Assembly (NCBI GenBank): GCA_031377305.1
Contig: JANMEV010000377.1
Coordinates: 166 to 64,165 of the forward strand
Length of the DNA: 64,000 nt
Origin: Planctomycetota bacterium
Lineage (GTDB): Bacteria; Planctomycetota; Planctomycetia; Planctomycetales; Planctomycetaceae
Direction: 5' to 3'
This document shows, one piece after another, positions 8,298 to 17,839 of this stretch (position 1 is the first letter of the stretch; every line of letters starts with the position of its first letter). The notes beneath the pieces are model-generated. The model was not told the origin of the DNA. It made no database searches and worked only from the letters and a program-made list of their open reading frames with translations. A program made the position numbers and the translations under genes.

Positions 8298-10178
8298 ATG
8301 ATTCGACCCTTTCAGCTGCTCTGGAAAAGCACTTCGTTGGCCGTCGTGATCGTTTTGCTTGGAAGCGTAAGCTCGGCAGAAACAACTCCTAAACCAAAGT
8401 CGACGGAAAATAACTCACCGCCCAACGAATTTGCCTCGACTCACAAACAATCTCGCGTCATCAAGCCCATGCTGGACGGTAAACCGATCACTCTGAACAC
8501 GTTTTGCCTCGACAAAGACGGCAATATCCTCGCATGCGTTGGCGGTGACACGACCGAATATGTGATGAACGACGATGGCTCGCAGGAAGTTAAGTCGGTG
8601 AAGGCGCCGAAACTGGTGCAGGTCTACTCACCGGAAGGCGAGCTCCTCCGTTCAACAGAACTGGAGTTCACTCCCACCGCGATCAATCCCGCCGCTGATG
8701 GCACCATTTATGTCGCAGGCGATGGAAAAGTGGCTCATCTGAGTGCGGACGGAACCGTTCTTGGCTCCGCCGACTCGCCTCACATCGGTGACAGGGAGTC
8801 ATTCAAAACACGCGTCGAAGAAGGAGCGAAGAGGCAGATGGATGAAATGACGGAGTCGTTCCGCGTACAGGTCAAACGCATCGAAGAACGCATTGCAAAG
8901 ATGAAGGAAAAGCCAGAAGCCGAATTGACCGATCGCGACAAGAAACGCCTCGCGACGTACGAGCAACAAAAGACCTTGTACGAGGATCAGCTTAAGGCCA
9001 CCGAAGAGGCCTACGGGCCCATGTTTTCCGGTGAACAGATGCTGAGCCAGAAGATGGGGATTACGGCACTTGCAGTCACAAGCAAAGACATCTTTCTTTG
9101 CTGCAATGCGACCGAGGGATATGGCTACGAAGTCTGGCGGATGACTCATGAGTTCTCCGAACCAACAAAGGTCGTCAGTGATCTTGGCGGCTGCTGCGGA
9201 CAGTGTGATATTCAGGCCACTGACGATCACCTGGTACTCGCCGAAAACACAAAGTTCAAGGTCGGGCTGCTGGATCGCGATGGCACTCGCCAGACAGATT
9301 TTGGCAAAGGAGATCGCAAGGCGGCTGATGGCTTTGGAAGCTGCTGTAATCCGATGAATGTCCGTTGCTGTGCAAACGGTGACATTCTGACGGCCGAATC
9401 CAGCATTGGAACGATCAAGCGATTCAGTAAAGTCGGCGAGCTGCTGGGTGTCATCGGTAAGGCCAAAATCGGCGGTGGTTGCAAACACGTCGCTCTTGGT
9501 TTCGATGAGAAGCGAAACCGCTACTACATGATGAACGTCGATAAGTCACATATCTGTGTTCTTGTTTTGAATTCCGAAGCGCCCGAAATCACTCCTGACG
9601 AACTGATGGCTAAGGAAGCGAGTGAAGGACTGGGGAAGAAGCTCGTCGGCGAATGGTCAATGGATGGAAAGAGCCCATCGGCGAAGAAACCCGCTGAGAG
9701 CACTCAGGAGATGCCGAGTGTTTTCGGCACATTGATTCAGGGACTACTGGGCAGTGACGAAAGTGGTGCCGAGACCGCAGAGGCTGCGACATTCAGTATG
9801 GATGATGCCTATTCTTCATCGTACTTTAAGTTCGACGCGGACGGGAAATTGACGATCATCGGAGGACAGATGACGGAAGGCGAAAATGCGTGGGAACCTG
9901 TTCGCCAGGACGGCAACGTGCTGATCGTCTCACAGATTCAGGAAGACATTCAGTACTACGAGTACAAGATTGAGTTCGTCGACGACAATGAAGCCACCAT
10001 TTCCCTGACTTTCAACGATCAGGTAATGAGCAGCAATCGATATAAGCGAGTCATGGCAGAAGAAGCGACTGCTTCTGACGCTGCGACAACCGACAAGAGT
10101 GCGGCAAACGTCGATGCGACGCAAAACGCCGACGCAAAGCCAGAAACCGAAGCTGCCGCGAAAGGATCAGAAGAATGA
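8298..10178 (+). CDS. secreted Cys-pair-rich beta-propeller protein with a coiled-coil insert and a C-terminal lipocalin-like module, paralog B
   Basis: The ORF is open from 8259. I prefer the ATG at 8298 because GGAG lies 8 nt upstream and it gives a clean signal peptide (MIRPFQLLWKSTSLAVVIVLLGSVSSA). NHL-like blade motifs are present. Conserved LCCNA, GGCCGQCD, GSCCNPMN, RCC and GGGCKH motifs are shared with paralog A. Confidence 0.8.
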   Translation: MIRPFQLLWKSTSLAVVIVLLGSVSSAETTPKPKSTENNSPPNEFASTHKQSRVIKPMLDGKPITLNTFCLDKDGNILACVGGDTTEYVMNDDGSQEVKSVKAPKLVQVYSPEGELLRSTELEFTPTAINPAADGTIYVAGDGKVAHLSADGTVLGSADSPHIGDRESFKTRVEEGAKRQMDEMTESFRVQVKRIEERIAKMKEKPEAELTDRDKKRLATYEQQKTLYEDQLKATEEAYGPMFSGEQMLSQKMGITALAVTSKDIFLCCNATEGYGYEVWRMTHEFSEPTKVVSDLGGCCGQCDIQATDDHLVLAENTKFKVGLLDRDGTRQTDFGKGDRKAADGFGSCCNPMNVRCCANGDILTAESSIGTIKRFSKVGELLGVIGKAKIGGGCKHVALGFDEKRNRYYMMNVDKSHICVLVLNSEAPEITPDELMAKEASEGLGKKLVGEWSMDGKSPSAKKPAESTQEMPSVFGTLIQGLLGSDESGAETAEAATFSMDDAYSSSYFKFDADGKLTIIGGQMTEGENAWEPVRQDGNVLIVSQIQEDIQYYEYKIEFVDDNEATISLTFNDQVMSSNRYKRVMAEEATASDAATTDKSAANVDATQNADAKPETEAAAKGSEE

Positions 10179-11062
10179 GATCTCCGCTAATCTCCTGCGT
10201 TTCTGTCTGCGTTGCGATCATTGCATTTGCAAACTTTAGTGTCGCCGCAGACAAATCCAGCGACACCGCAATGACACTGATCGTGATGGATCCGATGGCA
10301 GCACCGTTGGCGTGTGATTGCGTCAAAGGGTACGCCCAGCGAAAATACGACGAGCTGGGCACTTTTCTCAACGGCAAGCTAAATCGAAAGGTCACTATTG
10401 TTTGGGCCGAATCGCTCGAAGCTGCTCTGGAGAAATCCGGCGGCAAGGCCGATCTGATCATCGGCAAACATTCTGTCGTCCTCGCGGATGCCAAGGAAGC
10501 TCATCTGGAATTCAAGCCTCTGGCTCGACTAACAGACCTCAAGGACAAGGTTGTCCAAACCGGCCTGTTCGTCGTTCGTAGCAATGATCCGGCAAAGACG
10601 ATGGAAGACCTGAAGGGTTATCGAATTCTGTTTGGCCCCAGCGACTGCGACGAAAAATCCGCCGCGCCGATGGCGTTGCTGAAGGATCACAAGATTGCAC
10701 CTCCAAGTCCTGTCGAAACATCACCGTCATGCAGTACCGCTGCTTTGACACTGATGGAACTCGGCGCGGACGTGAAGGCGGCAGCCGTGATTTCAAGCTA
10801 TGCAGAACCGTTGCTGGAGGGCTGCGGCAAGGTCAAGAAGGGAGACTTGCGAGTCATCGGCGAAAGTAAGCCGGTTCCTTTCATCACGCTGTTTGCCAGG
10901 TTGTCGTTTTCTGAAACGGAGATGTCTGACATTTCTGCCGCTCTGGATGAAGTTGGGCTGGATGCAAAGCTGCTCATCGACCTCGAAACAGCTTCGGGCT
11001 TCGTTCCGTGGGAAGAATCGGCTGTCTCAACAACTTCTGTAGACGCAAAAAAAAAGCCCTGA
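10175..11062 (+). CDS. PhnD-like periplasmic substrate-binding protein
   Basis: 295-aa ORF with a signal peptide and a PF12974-like pattern (ADLIIGK..., DLKGYRILFGPSD...). Its start overlaps the upstream stop (ATGA at 10175-10178), consistent with translational coupling. Confidence 0.6.
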   Translation: MRSPLISCVSVCVAIIAFANFSVAADKSSDTAMTLIVMDPMAAPLACDCVKGYAQRKYDELGTFLNGKLNRKVTIVWAESLEAALEKSGGKADLIIGKHSVVLADAKEAHLEFKPLARLTDLKDKVVQTGLFVVRSNDPAKTMEDLKGYRILFGPSDCDEKSAAPMALLKDHKIAPPSPVETSPSCSTAALTLMELGADVKAAAVISSYAEPLLEGCGKVKKGDLRVIGESKPVPFITLFARLSFSETEMSDISAALDEVGLDAKLLIDLETASGFVPWEESAVSTTSVDAKKKP

Positions 11063-12339
11063 CACAGGCAGTTGTTACTTCTGAAGTTATCGGAAGCCCG
11101 GCTGTTGCGACAGACTGGGCTTCTAACGTTGCTGTCAGTACCATATCAGTGACGTCGCCAAGCCAGAACAAGGCTCGCGACAACGGCGACTGGCCCGGCT
11201 GGCGAGGAGCCAATCGAGATGCTCGAGTCGCCTGGCTGCCGGACGTGTTGCCAGCAACTGCTGACTTCGCGTGGACCGCCGAGCTTGCTGGCGAAGGGCT
11301 GGGAGGCATTGCCGCAGCCAAAGGATTTGTCGTCGCAGGCAGCCGCGATGCATTGGATCGAAATGACGTCTTTCAGTGCTTCGACATCCAAACGGGTGAT
11401 TTGATCTGGCAACATTCGTATCCAGCGATTGGCAAACTGGACTACGGCAATTCTCCCCGCGCGACTCCGTTGATTCACGACGACTACGTCTACACGCTGG
11501 GCGCCTTCGGACATCTTTGCTGCCTGGAGATTGAATCCGGCATCATGATGTGGCAAAAAAATCTGGCAATGGAATTTGGGGCGCCCGAACTGATCTGGGG
11601 ACATTCCGGATCACCGCTGATCACAGGAGACAGTTTGATCCTTCAACCCGGCGGCAAAGACGCGTCCATCGTTGCGCTGGACTTTGAATCCGGCGATGTC
11701 ATCTGGAAGACATCCGGGATCGAACCTGGCTATTCGTCCTTGCTATTGAAGACTGTCGGCGATTCTCGGCAGTTGATCGGCTACGATGCGAAGTCCCTTG
11801 GTGGCTGGGACGTCAAGACTGGGCAAAGACTCTGGACCGTCGTCCCACCTGAAACCGGTGACTTTAATGTGCCGACTCCGGTTTCGCTTGGTGACAGACT
11901 GATGGTATCCAGCGAAAACAATGGCACTCGGATCTATCATTTCAACTCCGATGGCACACTTCATCCCGATCCGGATCTGACGAATGAGGACTTGAAACCG
12001 GATTCGCACACGCCGGTTGTTTCGAACAGCCGTGTGTTTGGGATCTCGGGCGAACTGCTCGGACTGGCCCCGGAACAGAGCTTAAAGGCTGTCACAACGC
12101 TAAGCGATGACGCCTTTACTAACTACGGAAGTTTGATCGCCAGCGATACGCGACTGTTGGCTCTTTCCGATGAAGGCGAGTTGCTTCTGATTTCAACGGC
12201 TGAAGTAGAGCCAACGATCATGGGTCGACTCCAGCTCCAAAACGATCGCACGCAGGTTCTCTCGCATCCCGCCATCGCCGGCAATTCGATCTTCGTGAGA
12301 ATCGGAAAGACTCTCAATCGGATGAAACTCGGCGAATAG
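11008..12339 (+). CDS. PQQ-like (BamB-type) beta-propeller repeat protein
   Basis: Repeated motifs such as W..G......S.P and 'lyaldl.tG..lW' (WPGWRGANRD, FQCFDIQTGDLIWQHSY, LDFESGDVIWK, WDVKTGQRLW). The start is uncertain: GTG at 11008 overlaps the previous gene by 55 nt, and GTG at 11149 is an alternative. Confidence 0.7.
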   Translation: MGRIGCLNNFCRRKKKALTQAVVTSEVIGSPAVATDWASNVAVSTISVTSPSQNKARDNGDWPGWRGANRDARVAWLPDVLPATADFAWTAELAGEGLGGIAAAKGFVVAGSRDALDRNDVFQCFDIQTGDLIWQHSYPAIGKLDYGNSPRATPLIHDDYVYTLGAFGHLCCLEIESGIMMWQKNLAMEFGAPELIWGHSGSPLITGDSLILQPGGKDASIVALDFESGDVIWKTSGIEPGYSSLLLKTVGDSRQLIGYDAKSLGGWDVKTGQRLWTVVPPETGDFNVPTPVSLGDRLMVSSENNGTRIYHFNSDGTLHPDPDLTNEDLKPDSHTPVVSNSRVFGISGELLGLAPEQSLKAVTTLSDDAFTNYGSLIASDTRLLALSDEGELLLISTAEVEPTIMGRLQLQNDRTQVLSHPAIAGNSIFVRIGKTLNRMKLGE

Positions 12340-12343
12340 CCGT

Positions 12344-14401
12344 CTAACTATCCCCATCCACCAGGTCCCAGAACTCGGCTTCGTTGGGGTCCAGTTTCTT
12401 CGCGGGCTTGGCAGATTTCTTTGGCGCTTGCGAAGGCTTTGCTGAGGCCGCAGGTCGTGTGGGAGTTGAGTCGGGGCGATTCGAAGACGTACCGCTGACT
12501 GGTGATCGTTTCGTCGCATCTCGCGATGGAGCGTTTCCGCATCGCTTGCACTTACCTCCTTTGACCAAAGTGGTACCACATTCGCTGCACAGCAGGACAG
12601 GCTCCTCGCTTCGACCAGCTTTGTTCGATCCGTCATCCGCCAGTCCCGCCAACATATTCAAGGCATCAATACTGACTCTTTCATCGAAAGATGCACTCGC
12701 GGAAGCGGCTGGCTTGATGGTCGACTTACTGACGGACTTCGGAGGCACTGCTGCCTTCGACACCGAGGCCTTTGAGTTTGTTGTCGGCTTTACTGTCGCC
12801 GGTGACACAATTGGCGGCAGATTTTCGCCAGCGATCGAATAGGGATCCATGCTGTCGTCATCGACAGGCCCCGGCTGTTGCTCAAGCTGCGAGTTGACAT
12901 TTTCCTGCCGAATGAGCTCCACCTCCGCCTGTCGACCGCTGATGGGTTCACACGCCGAAACATGCACGCGAGCCTGATGGTCGTAACTGATTGTCACTTC
13001 AATCTCGGTTCCCTCGGGCAGATTTCGAGGCAGGTCGGTCACTTGGCAATTTCCAAGGACAATCGGCGGTCGATCAACACCGGCACCACTTTCCACGATT
13101 CGCACGTGAACTCGGTTCTGATCAGCGACGACTGTGCCAAACACATGGGTCACAGCGACAGGCAGGGCAGTATTCGCGGGAATCAGGAAGTGGGGAACTC
13201 GCTGACCACTGGTTGCGTCACGGACCAGAATTCCCAGTGCCCGCGCGTTGACGCTTTGCTGTTTAACCTTGGCCAATCGCGAAGACGCGGTGCTGTTGAA
13301 GACTGTGCGAGCGTACTTGTCGTTGGAAAGCAGCATGCCCGCATAGTATGCGGCACCATGAGCGATCGACTGATCCGGAGACAGCGACGAATTTAACGTT
13401 CGACCGCTCAACTTTTTCAGGCTCTCGCGAATCATCGGCATTCTGGACGCACCGCCGGTCGTCAGTACAACGTCAATATGAGCCCAGCCGAACTTATTGT
13501 CCTTCAGGATCCGGCGAGTAATCTCCTCGCAGCGTAGAATCAACTTGCGGCAGAGGTACTCAAACTCAGTCTGTTCAATTTGAAATGTTTTACGATGGCC
13601 TTCATGCTGCACTGTGATCGCCGCTCGCGGACGCACGGAAAGACTTCGCTTGGCTTGCTCTGCTTCCAGTGTCAAAAACTGAAGACTCGAGCGATTTTTG
13701 CGAGGGTCGTCGCCGAACTCCTCGATGAATTTCTCTGCCGCCGCATCGACGAGCATCCGAGTAAAATCCAAACCGCCCAGTTCCAGATCGCCATCGGACG
13801 CAACGACTCGAACTTCGTTGGTTTTGTATTTCACGATCGCCAGATCCAGCGTGCCGCCGCCAAGGTCAAACACCAGCAACTGTTGATCAATGGCCAGTTC
13901 TGTGAAGGCCAATCCTTCGTTCCCCAGCACATGGCACAGCGCGGCGGCGACCGGTTCGTTGATCATTTCGATGCGTTCGAGCCCCGCGGCATGTCCCGCC
14001 TGCATTGTGGCATGTCGCTGAGCATCGCTGAATTGAGCCGGCACGGTGATAACGGCTTCGCGAATCTCACCAATCTGTTCCTGCGCAGCCGCAATCAGCT
14101 TTCGAAGGATCATGCCCGAAATATGGACGGGCGAATAACGCATCTCGTCGATCTTCCAGAACTTCGTCGCATTCCCCATAAATCGCTTGGCATGCTGGAC
14201 GACCCTATCCGGACTGGCGATTGCGTTCCGCATGGCTTCGGTGCCGACAATCGGCTGGTCGCCATCGAAGAAGACGACCGACGGCGTCGAAAGTTCGCCT
14301 TCCTGATTGGGAATCGTGACGGGCTGCCCAAATTCATTCAGCCAGGCAATGCAGGAGTACGTCGTACCAAGGTCGATACCGACCGCATGAGTATGCTTCA
14401 T
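12344..14401 (-). CDS. Hsp70-family ATPase with a disordered tail and a C-terminal zinc ribbon
   Basis: GIDLGTTYSCIAW (phosphate-1), DLGGGTLD (phosphate-2) and LTTGGASRMP motifs. The tail contains CSECG-x9-CKRCG. The ORF is open to 14620, but homology begins at MKHTHAVGIDLGT, i.e. the ATG at 14401. Confidence 0.85.
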   Translation of the reverse strand: MKHTHAVGIDLGTTYSCIAWLNEFGQPVTIPNQEGELSTPSVVFFDGDQPIVGTEAMRNAIASPDRVVQHAKRFMGNATKFWKIDEMRYSPVHISGMILRKLIAAAQEQIGEIREAVITVPAQFSDAQRHATMQAGHAAGLERIEMINEPVAAALCHVLGNEGLAFTELAIDQQLLVFDLGGGTLDLAIVKYKTNEVRVVASDGDLELGGLDFTRMLVDAAAEKFIEEFGDDPRKNRSSLQFLTLEAEQAKRSLSVRPRAAITVQHEGHRKTFQIEQTEFEYLCRKLILRCEEITRRILKDNKFGWAHIDVVLTTGGASRMPMIRESLKKLSGRTLNSSLSPDQSIAHGAAYYAGMLLSNDKYARTVFNSTASSRLAKVKQQSVNARALGILVRDATSGQRVPHFLIPANTALPVAVTHVFGTVVADQNRVHVRIVESGAGVDRPPIVLGNCQVTDLPRNLPEGTEIEVTISYDHQARVHVSACEPISGRQAEVELIRQENVNSQLEQQPGPVDDDSMDPYSIAGENLPPIVSPATVKPTTNSKASVSKAAVPPKSVSKSTIKPAASASASFDERVSIDALNMLAGLADDGSNKAGRSEEPVLLCSECGTTLVKGGKCKRCGNAPSRDATKRSPVSGTSSNRPDSTPTRPAASAKPSQAPKKSAKPAKKLDPNEAEFWDLVDGDS

Positions 14402-14721
14402 TTTGATCTCAGCAATTTTCAGGGACCATGGTCTACCATCGCGTTGAAAAAGGTGTCTGGAACATTGAAGCCTCACTGCAACACGGCAAATATGAGCCGC
14501 CGGAGAGCTCCAGACACCTTTTCCAACAGCCTCCTGCACTCGACCGTGCGGCAGACAGCGAATGCCGCTGAATACCAGTTTCGAACGCCATTTCTGCAGG
14601 CCGGTCATCGTACTTACCATGCCCCCGGATCACTACAGAAACCGGACTGTTCCCAGCCAACACAGCTCAGTTTTGCCAATCTTCGATTCAGTCTGAGACC
14701 GATTCGTGGCAGAATGCGAAA

Positions 14722-15999
14722 ATGCACTCACCGATATCATCCATTTTCTGCCTTAGACATCGATCCAGCTCGATGAATTTCATCGCTTATCCTCATTCCA
14801 AATCGACCCAGTCTCACGACTCATCGCGTGGAGCAACAACAATCTTCCGTCATGCCGCTTTGTTTCTTCTGTGCTGCGTTTTTCTGACCAAACCAGGCCT
14901 TAGCGATGAATCTCGCCTGAAAACCGGCAAGGCTCTCGAAAAAAACTTGTCGGCCAACATCGAATGGGACAGTGTCCAGGCACCGCTTGGCGATCAGCTT
15001 CGCAACCTTCAGCAGCAGGCTGAAGTCGCGATTTTGCTTGATCGCCGAATTGACCCGGCGCAGCTCATCACTGTGCAAACGGAATCGGCCCCGCGAGTTC
15101 AAGTGCTCAAAAGAATTTCGGGCACAATTTCTGAGGGAGCATTTTGCGTTACAGAACATTTCGCCTTTGTCGGCCGCGGGGATGCCGCGCATCGGCTTCC
15201 CATCCTGATTGCGAGAAACAACGACCTTGCAAACTCGCTCCGGAAGAAAACGAACGCGACCGTGTCTCGCTCTCTGGCCGTCAGCCTGGACCCTTCATGG
15301 GAGTTTCTGGACGAGCCGCGACAGATCCTTCAACGATTGGCTAAGTTAGCAGGATTGACGATCACGAACGTGGAAGCTATTCCGCACGACGTCTGGGCCG
15401 AACGCCGACTTCCCGAAATGACGTTCGTCGAAGCCTCAACCATGATCCTCAATCAGTTCGACCTGACTCTCAAGTTTGCTACGGATAAACCTGAGGTTAC
15501 CATCGTCGCGATTGACCCACTCGAATCTATTGAACATCGCTACGTTGTGGGCAGCTCGCTGAAATCCGCCATCACGGCGGCATGGCAGAGCAGGGCACCG
15601 GACGTTTCAGTGAAATGGGTCGGATCCAATGCCATTGTGACGACAACCCTGCAGCAGCATGCTCTGTTGAACGGAATCCTGTCGGACCTTCAGCATGCGG
15701 ACGCCGGCACTGGCTCCACGGTTAAGGCACCGGTCAAGTCGATCCGTTCGACCAACTACCAACTGAAGGCCGAACGAGCCACGCTCGGGGAACTAGTCAA
15801 CTACTTCCGTACAAACAAGGTGCCGATTGATGTGGCGGATGCAGACTCCGCAGAAACCAAACGTTTACTTCTCGAAGTTGTCCGGCTTGACACCATCGCA
15901 GAACCACTGCCGGGGACAAAGTTCTTCCCAAGGATTTTCGGCCAGCACTTCAGCAAAGTCGAGGTCCGGGACGATCGAGTCATTCTGTCACGAGAATAG
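14722..15999 (+). CDS. hypothetical secreted protein
   Basis: 425-aa ORF with a hydrophobic signal-like segment (AALFLLCCVFLTKPGLS). The ATG at 14773 is an alternative start. It is divergent from the Hsp70-like gene. I recognised no family. Confidence 0.55.
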   Translation: MHSPISSIFCLRHRSSSMNFIAYPHSKSTQSHDSSRGATTIFRHAALFLLCCVFLTKPGLSDESRLKTGKALEKNLSANIEWDSVQAPLGDQLRNLQQQAEVAILLDRRIDPAQLITVQTESAPRVQVLKRISGTISEGAFCVTEHFAFVGRGDAAHRLPILIARNNDLANSLRKKTNATVSRSLAVSLDPSWEFLDEPRQILQRLAKLAGLTITNVEAIPHDVWAERRLPEMTFVEASTMILNQFDLTLKFATDKPEVTIVAIDPLESIEHRYVVGSSLKSAITAAWQSRAPDVSVKWVGSNAIVTTTLQQHALLNGILSDLQHADAGTGSTVKAPVKSIRSTNYQLKAERATLGELVNYFRTNKVPIDVADADSAETKRLLLEVVRLDTIAEPLPGTKFFPRIFGQHFSKVEVRDDRVILSRE

Positions 16000-16061
16000 A
16001 CCATCAATTCCGCCACGTGGACCAAACGACAACCTGGACTTGCTGTTTTAACGCTTGCGAA

Positions 16062-17123
16062 TCAGTCACGAGGTCGAACGATAACAACGCAGTCATCTGC
16101 AATTGGCTGCGTTTCGATTTGCATGGGCAACATCGTTTGCAGGATGTCGATATGAGTGATCGAGTGACGTGACAGTCGCAGAGTGCGAAAGCTACCGCCT
16201 CGCTTATTGCCCGATGCTCCCGGTTGAGCCGCACTCAGCCCCAGTGGCAGTAGGATCTGGTCGGCCAGATATTCGCCGACCGGAGCTGGCGATTTGAGGT
16301 ACCGGCGAATCTCCTTCACGACTTCGTCCGCGACATGTTCGGCCGATGCCCCAACGCGACCAAATCCCGCAGCCAGTTCAGTCACGTTTTGCGACTTAAC
16401 TTCTGCGAAGACGATGTTCCCCGGTCCAGCGGATTCAACAGGGTCGATTGTCACATCTTCGGGGTTCAACGACAACTTCCGAACCAGCGTCTTCGCTTCT
16501 CGTTCCGCGATATTCAGCGACAGGTTGCTGATAAGCACCTTCCCTCGCTTTGCAATCGTGGGCCCTCGTTCCAGCAAGTCGAAACCCTTCAGCGACTCGG
16601 ACGGCCTGATGTGAACCACCATCCGACCTCCGCCGGCCGGAAAGAATCCGTGGCGTTCCAGAGTCGCCTCCACTCGCGGTCCCATGAGATTGATGAGAGG
16701 CAGATAACTTCGCTGCAGAAAATCAAACGGCGGAGCCCATTGATTGTGAGTCCCTCCTTCCAGCACAACTTCCGACGGCCCATCCGCCGTCAGCAACGCA
16801 GGGAGAATTGTCTGAAGAACCAGAGTTGCACTGCCCGCGGTTCCGATGCTGAACTGATACTTGCCTGCGACAACGGGCCGCGGCTCGAAAGTTAACGACG
16901 TCGAGCCCAGTTCAGCTCCAGTCAGGACTCCGCCGCAAATCCTGGCCGCCGCGTTCATGGCTGTCAGATGCTGTCTCATCAACCCCGGCTTACTTCGCCC
17001 AGAGCGAATCTTCTCAATCCGCACGGGTTTTCCCACAACGATGGCCAATCCCACCGCCGATCGCAAAATCTGCCCACCGCCTTCGCCCTGAGAACCATCG
17101 ATTGTGATAAGGTGAGTTGTCAT
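16062..17123 (-). CDS. rtcA: RNA 3'-terminal phosphate cyclase
   Basis: ITIDGSQGEGGGQILRSAVGLAIVVGKPVRIEKIRSGRSKPGLMRQHL is the hallmark RtcA N-terminus. The ORF is open to 17195, but conservation starts at the ATG at 17123. Confidence 0.85.
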   Translation of the reverse strand: MTTHLITIDGSQGEGGGQILRSAVGLAIVVGKPVRIEKIRSGRSKPGLMRQHLTAMNAAARICGGVLTGAELGSTSLTFEPRPVVAGKYQFSIGTAGSATLVLQTILPALLTADGPSEVVLEGGTHNQWAPPFDFLQRSYLPLINLMGPRVEATLERHGFFPAGGGRMVVHIRPSESLKGFDLLERGPTIAKRGKVLISNLSLNIAEREAKTLVRKLSLNPEDVTIDPVESAGPGNIVFAEVKSQNVTELAAGFGRVGASAEHVADEVVKEIRRYLKSPAPVGEYLADQILLPLGLSAAQPGASGNKRGGSFRTLRLSRHSITHIDILQTMLPMQIETQPIADDCVVIVRPRD

Positions 17124-17446
17124 TGGGATCTCTAATACAATGTCATGATTCGTTGGCCGGAATAATTGGTGAACAGTCAAAGGACGCGACCGCACTTACG
17201 GCCAATATCAAACGCCAACGCTTAAGAGGACCCCGAATGATCAGGGCGAGTTCGGATGGCCTTTGTTGTTCGCAGAAACTCGCATCCGTACACGAACAGA
17301 AGCAGAAAACACAAGAAAATACGGGGCAGGGCGGAAGCCAGGGATGCCGTCAAACTGACATTGTCCATTTTGATAGAAAACGAAACAAACTGTCGGCCAA
17401 AATCCCCTGCTTTTGAAACACACGACATTGCTGTCACCACGGAAGG

Positions 17447-17839
17447 TTAGCGATGACTAAGTCCGCCACATGGCCTCTGGAACACAACGCCATCTTTGTT
17501 CGTAGTGAGTACTACCCAGCGTTTGGAATCGCCAACAATCGCCCTGAAACTTTGCGAACAGATGTCTCCATTGTTACCTGGATCTTCTCCGGCTTCGGTG
17601 GACGAGTGATTCTGCAGGGAAGTCAGAATCTGCTTTGGCATAAGCTGCAAATACGCCCGTCGCAAGTTCAGCAGATGCCGAGTATGTTTCGCCAGTATCC
17701 GCACAGCTTCGGAATCGTCAAGAAGCTGGCTTTCAAGGTCTACAAGAAGATCTGGAACTCGCTGGGACATATCGAAACCGGAAATCCACCTCAGCGCAAA
17801 GCCGACTAGCTCGGCTGAAAAAGTCGATAAATATCGCAT
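17447..17839 (-). CDS. hypothetical protein (weak call)
   Basis: 130-aa ORF on the same strand as rtcA and upstream of it, with a helical-looking composition. No recognised motifs. Confidence 0.3.
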   Translation of the reverse strand: MRYLSTFSAELVGFALRWISGFDMSQRVPDLLVDLESQLLDDSEAVRILAKHTRHLLNLRRAYLQLMPKQILTSLQNHSSTEAGEDPGNNGDICSQSFRAIVGDSKRWVVLTTNKDGVVFQRPCGGLSHR

